From Octopus sinensis (lineage: Eukaryota), in contig NC_043010.1 of the NCBI RefSeq assembly GCF_006345805.1, positions 51,770,001-51,834,000 on the forward strand: a DNA stretch of 64,000 nucleotides, read 5' to 3'. Numbering within the stretch: the first letter of the stretch is position 1; each line of letters starts with the position of its first letter. Below are positions 63,685 through 64,000 of the stretch, in pieces. The notes under the pieces are model-generated. The model was not told where the DNA came from and searched no databases. It saw nothing but the letters and a program-made list of their open reading frames with translations. The position numbers were made by a program, and so were the translations under genes.

Positions 63685-64000
63685 TGCGTGTGTGTGTGTG
63701 TGTGTGTGTATTTAGCAAGGCAAAAGAAATGACCATCCCAAAATATAACAATATTTGTTTTAGCACATGATTTCACATCAAGAATCCTGCAAAACAAATT
63801 CATAAACGAAAGAAATGTTGAAATTTTATTAAATGCTTTATTTGAAATGCTGAAATTCCAACATAGATTTATTTTTCAATAATGTTCGTTATTACACATA
63901 CAACAGATTAGCAAATTATACACACACACACACACACACACATATATAGGATAATTTACAAAAGCAAAAATGAGGAAAAAAAAGGGACTTTGGAGCAAGA

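Overview
AT-rich, repeat-dominated animal DNA. The SINE repertoire and microsatellite load match my recollection of octopod (Octopus) genomes; this is an inference, not a database result. No complete protein-coding gene is visible, and almost all listed ORFs are microsatellite or low-complexity artefacts. Supported content: dozens of tRNA-head SINEs of at least four head types; decayed LINE fragments (HERO-like, R4/Dong-like, RTE, L1/Tx1, CR1-like); mariner and DD37D (maT) transposase remnants; Tc2/pogo-, hAT-, piggyBac- and Mutator-type MITEs; two Helitron-like elements; two hammerhead-ribozyme motifs of the Penelope type; a 16-copy 40-bp array; and a probable first coding exon (MADGGRRARVLILG|, minus strand, 56666-56708). 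The most notable observations are a sharp CpG-decay boundary near 29-32 kb, a SINE fold-back hairpin, and three independent SINE insertions at one position of another SINE. A 100-N gap lies at 59506-59605. I found no convincing new multi-gene system. SINE and LINE end coordinates are approximate.
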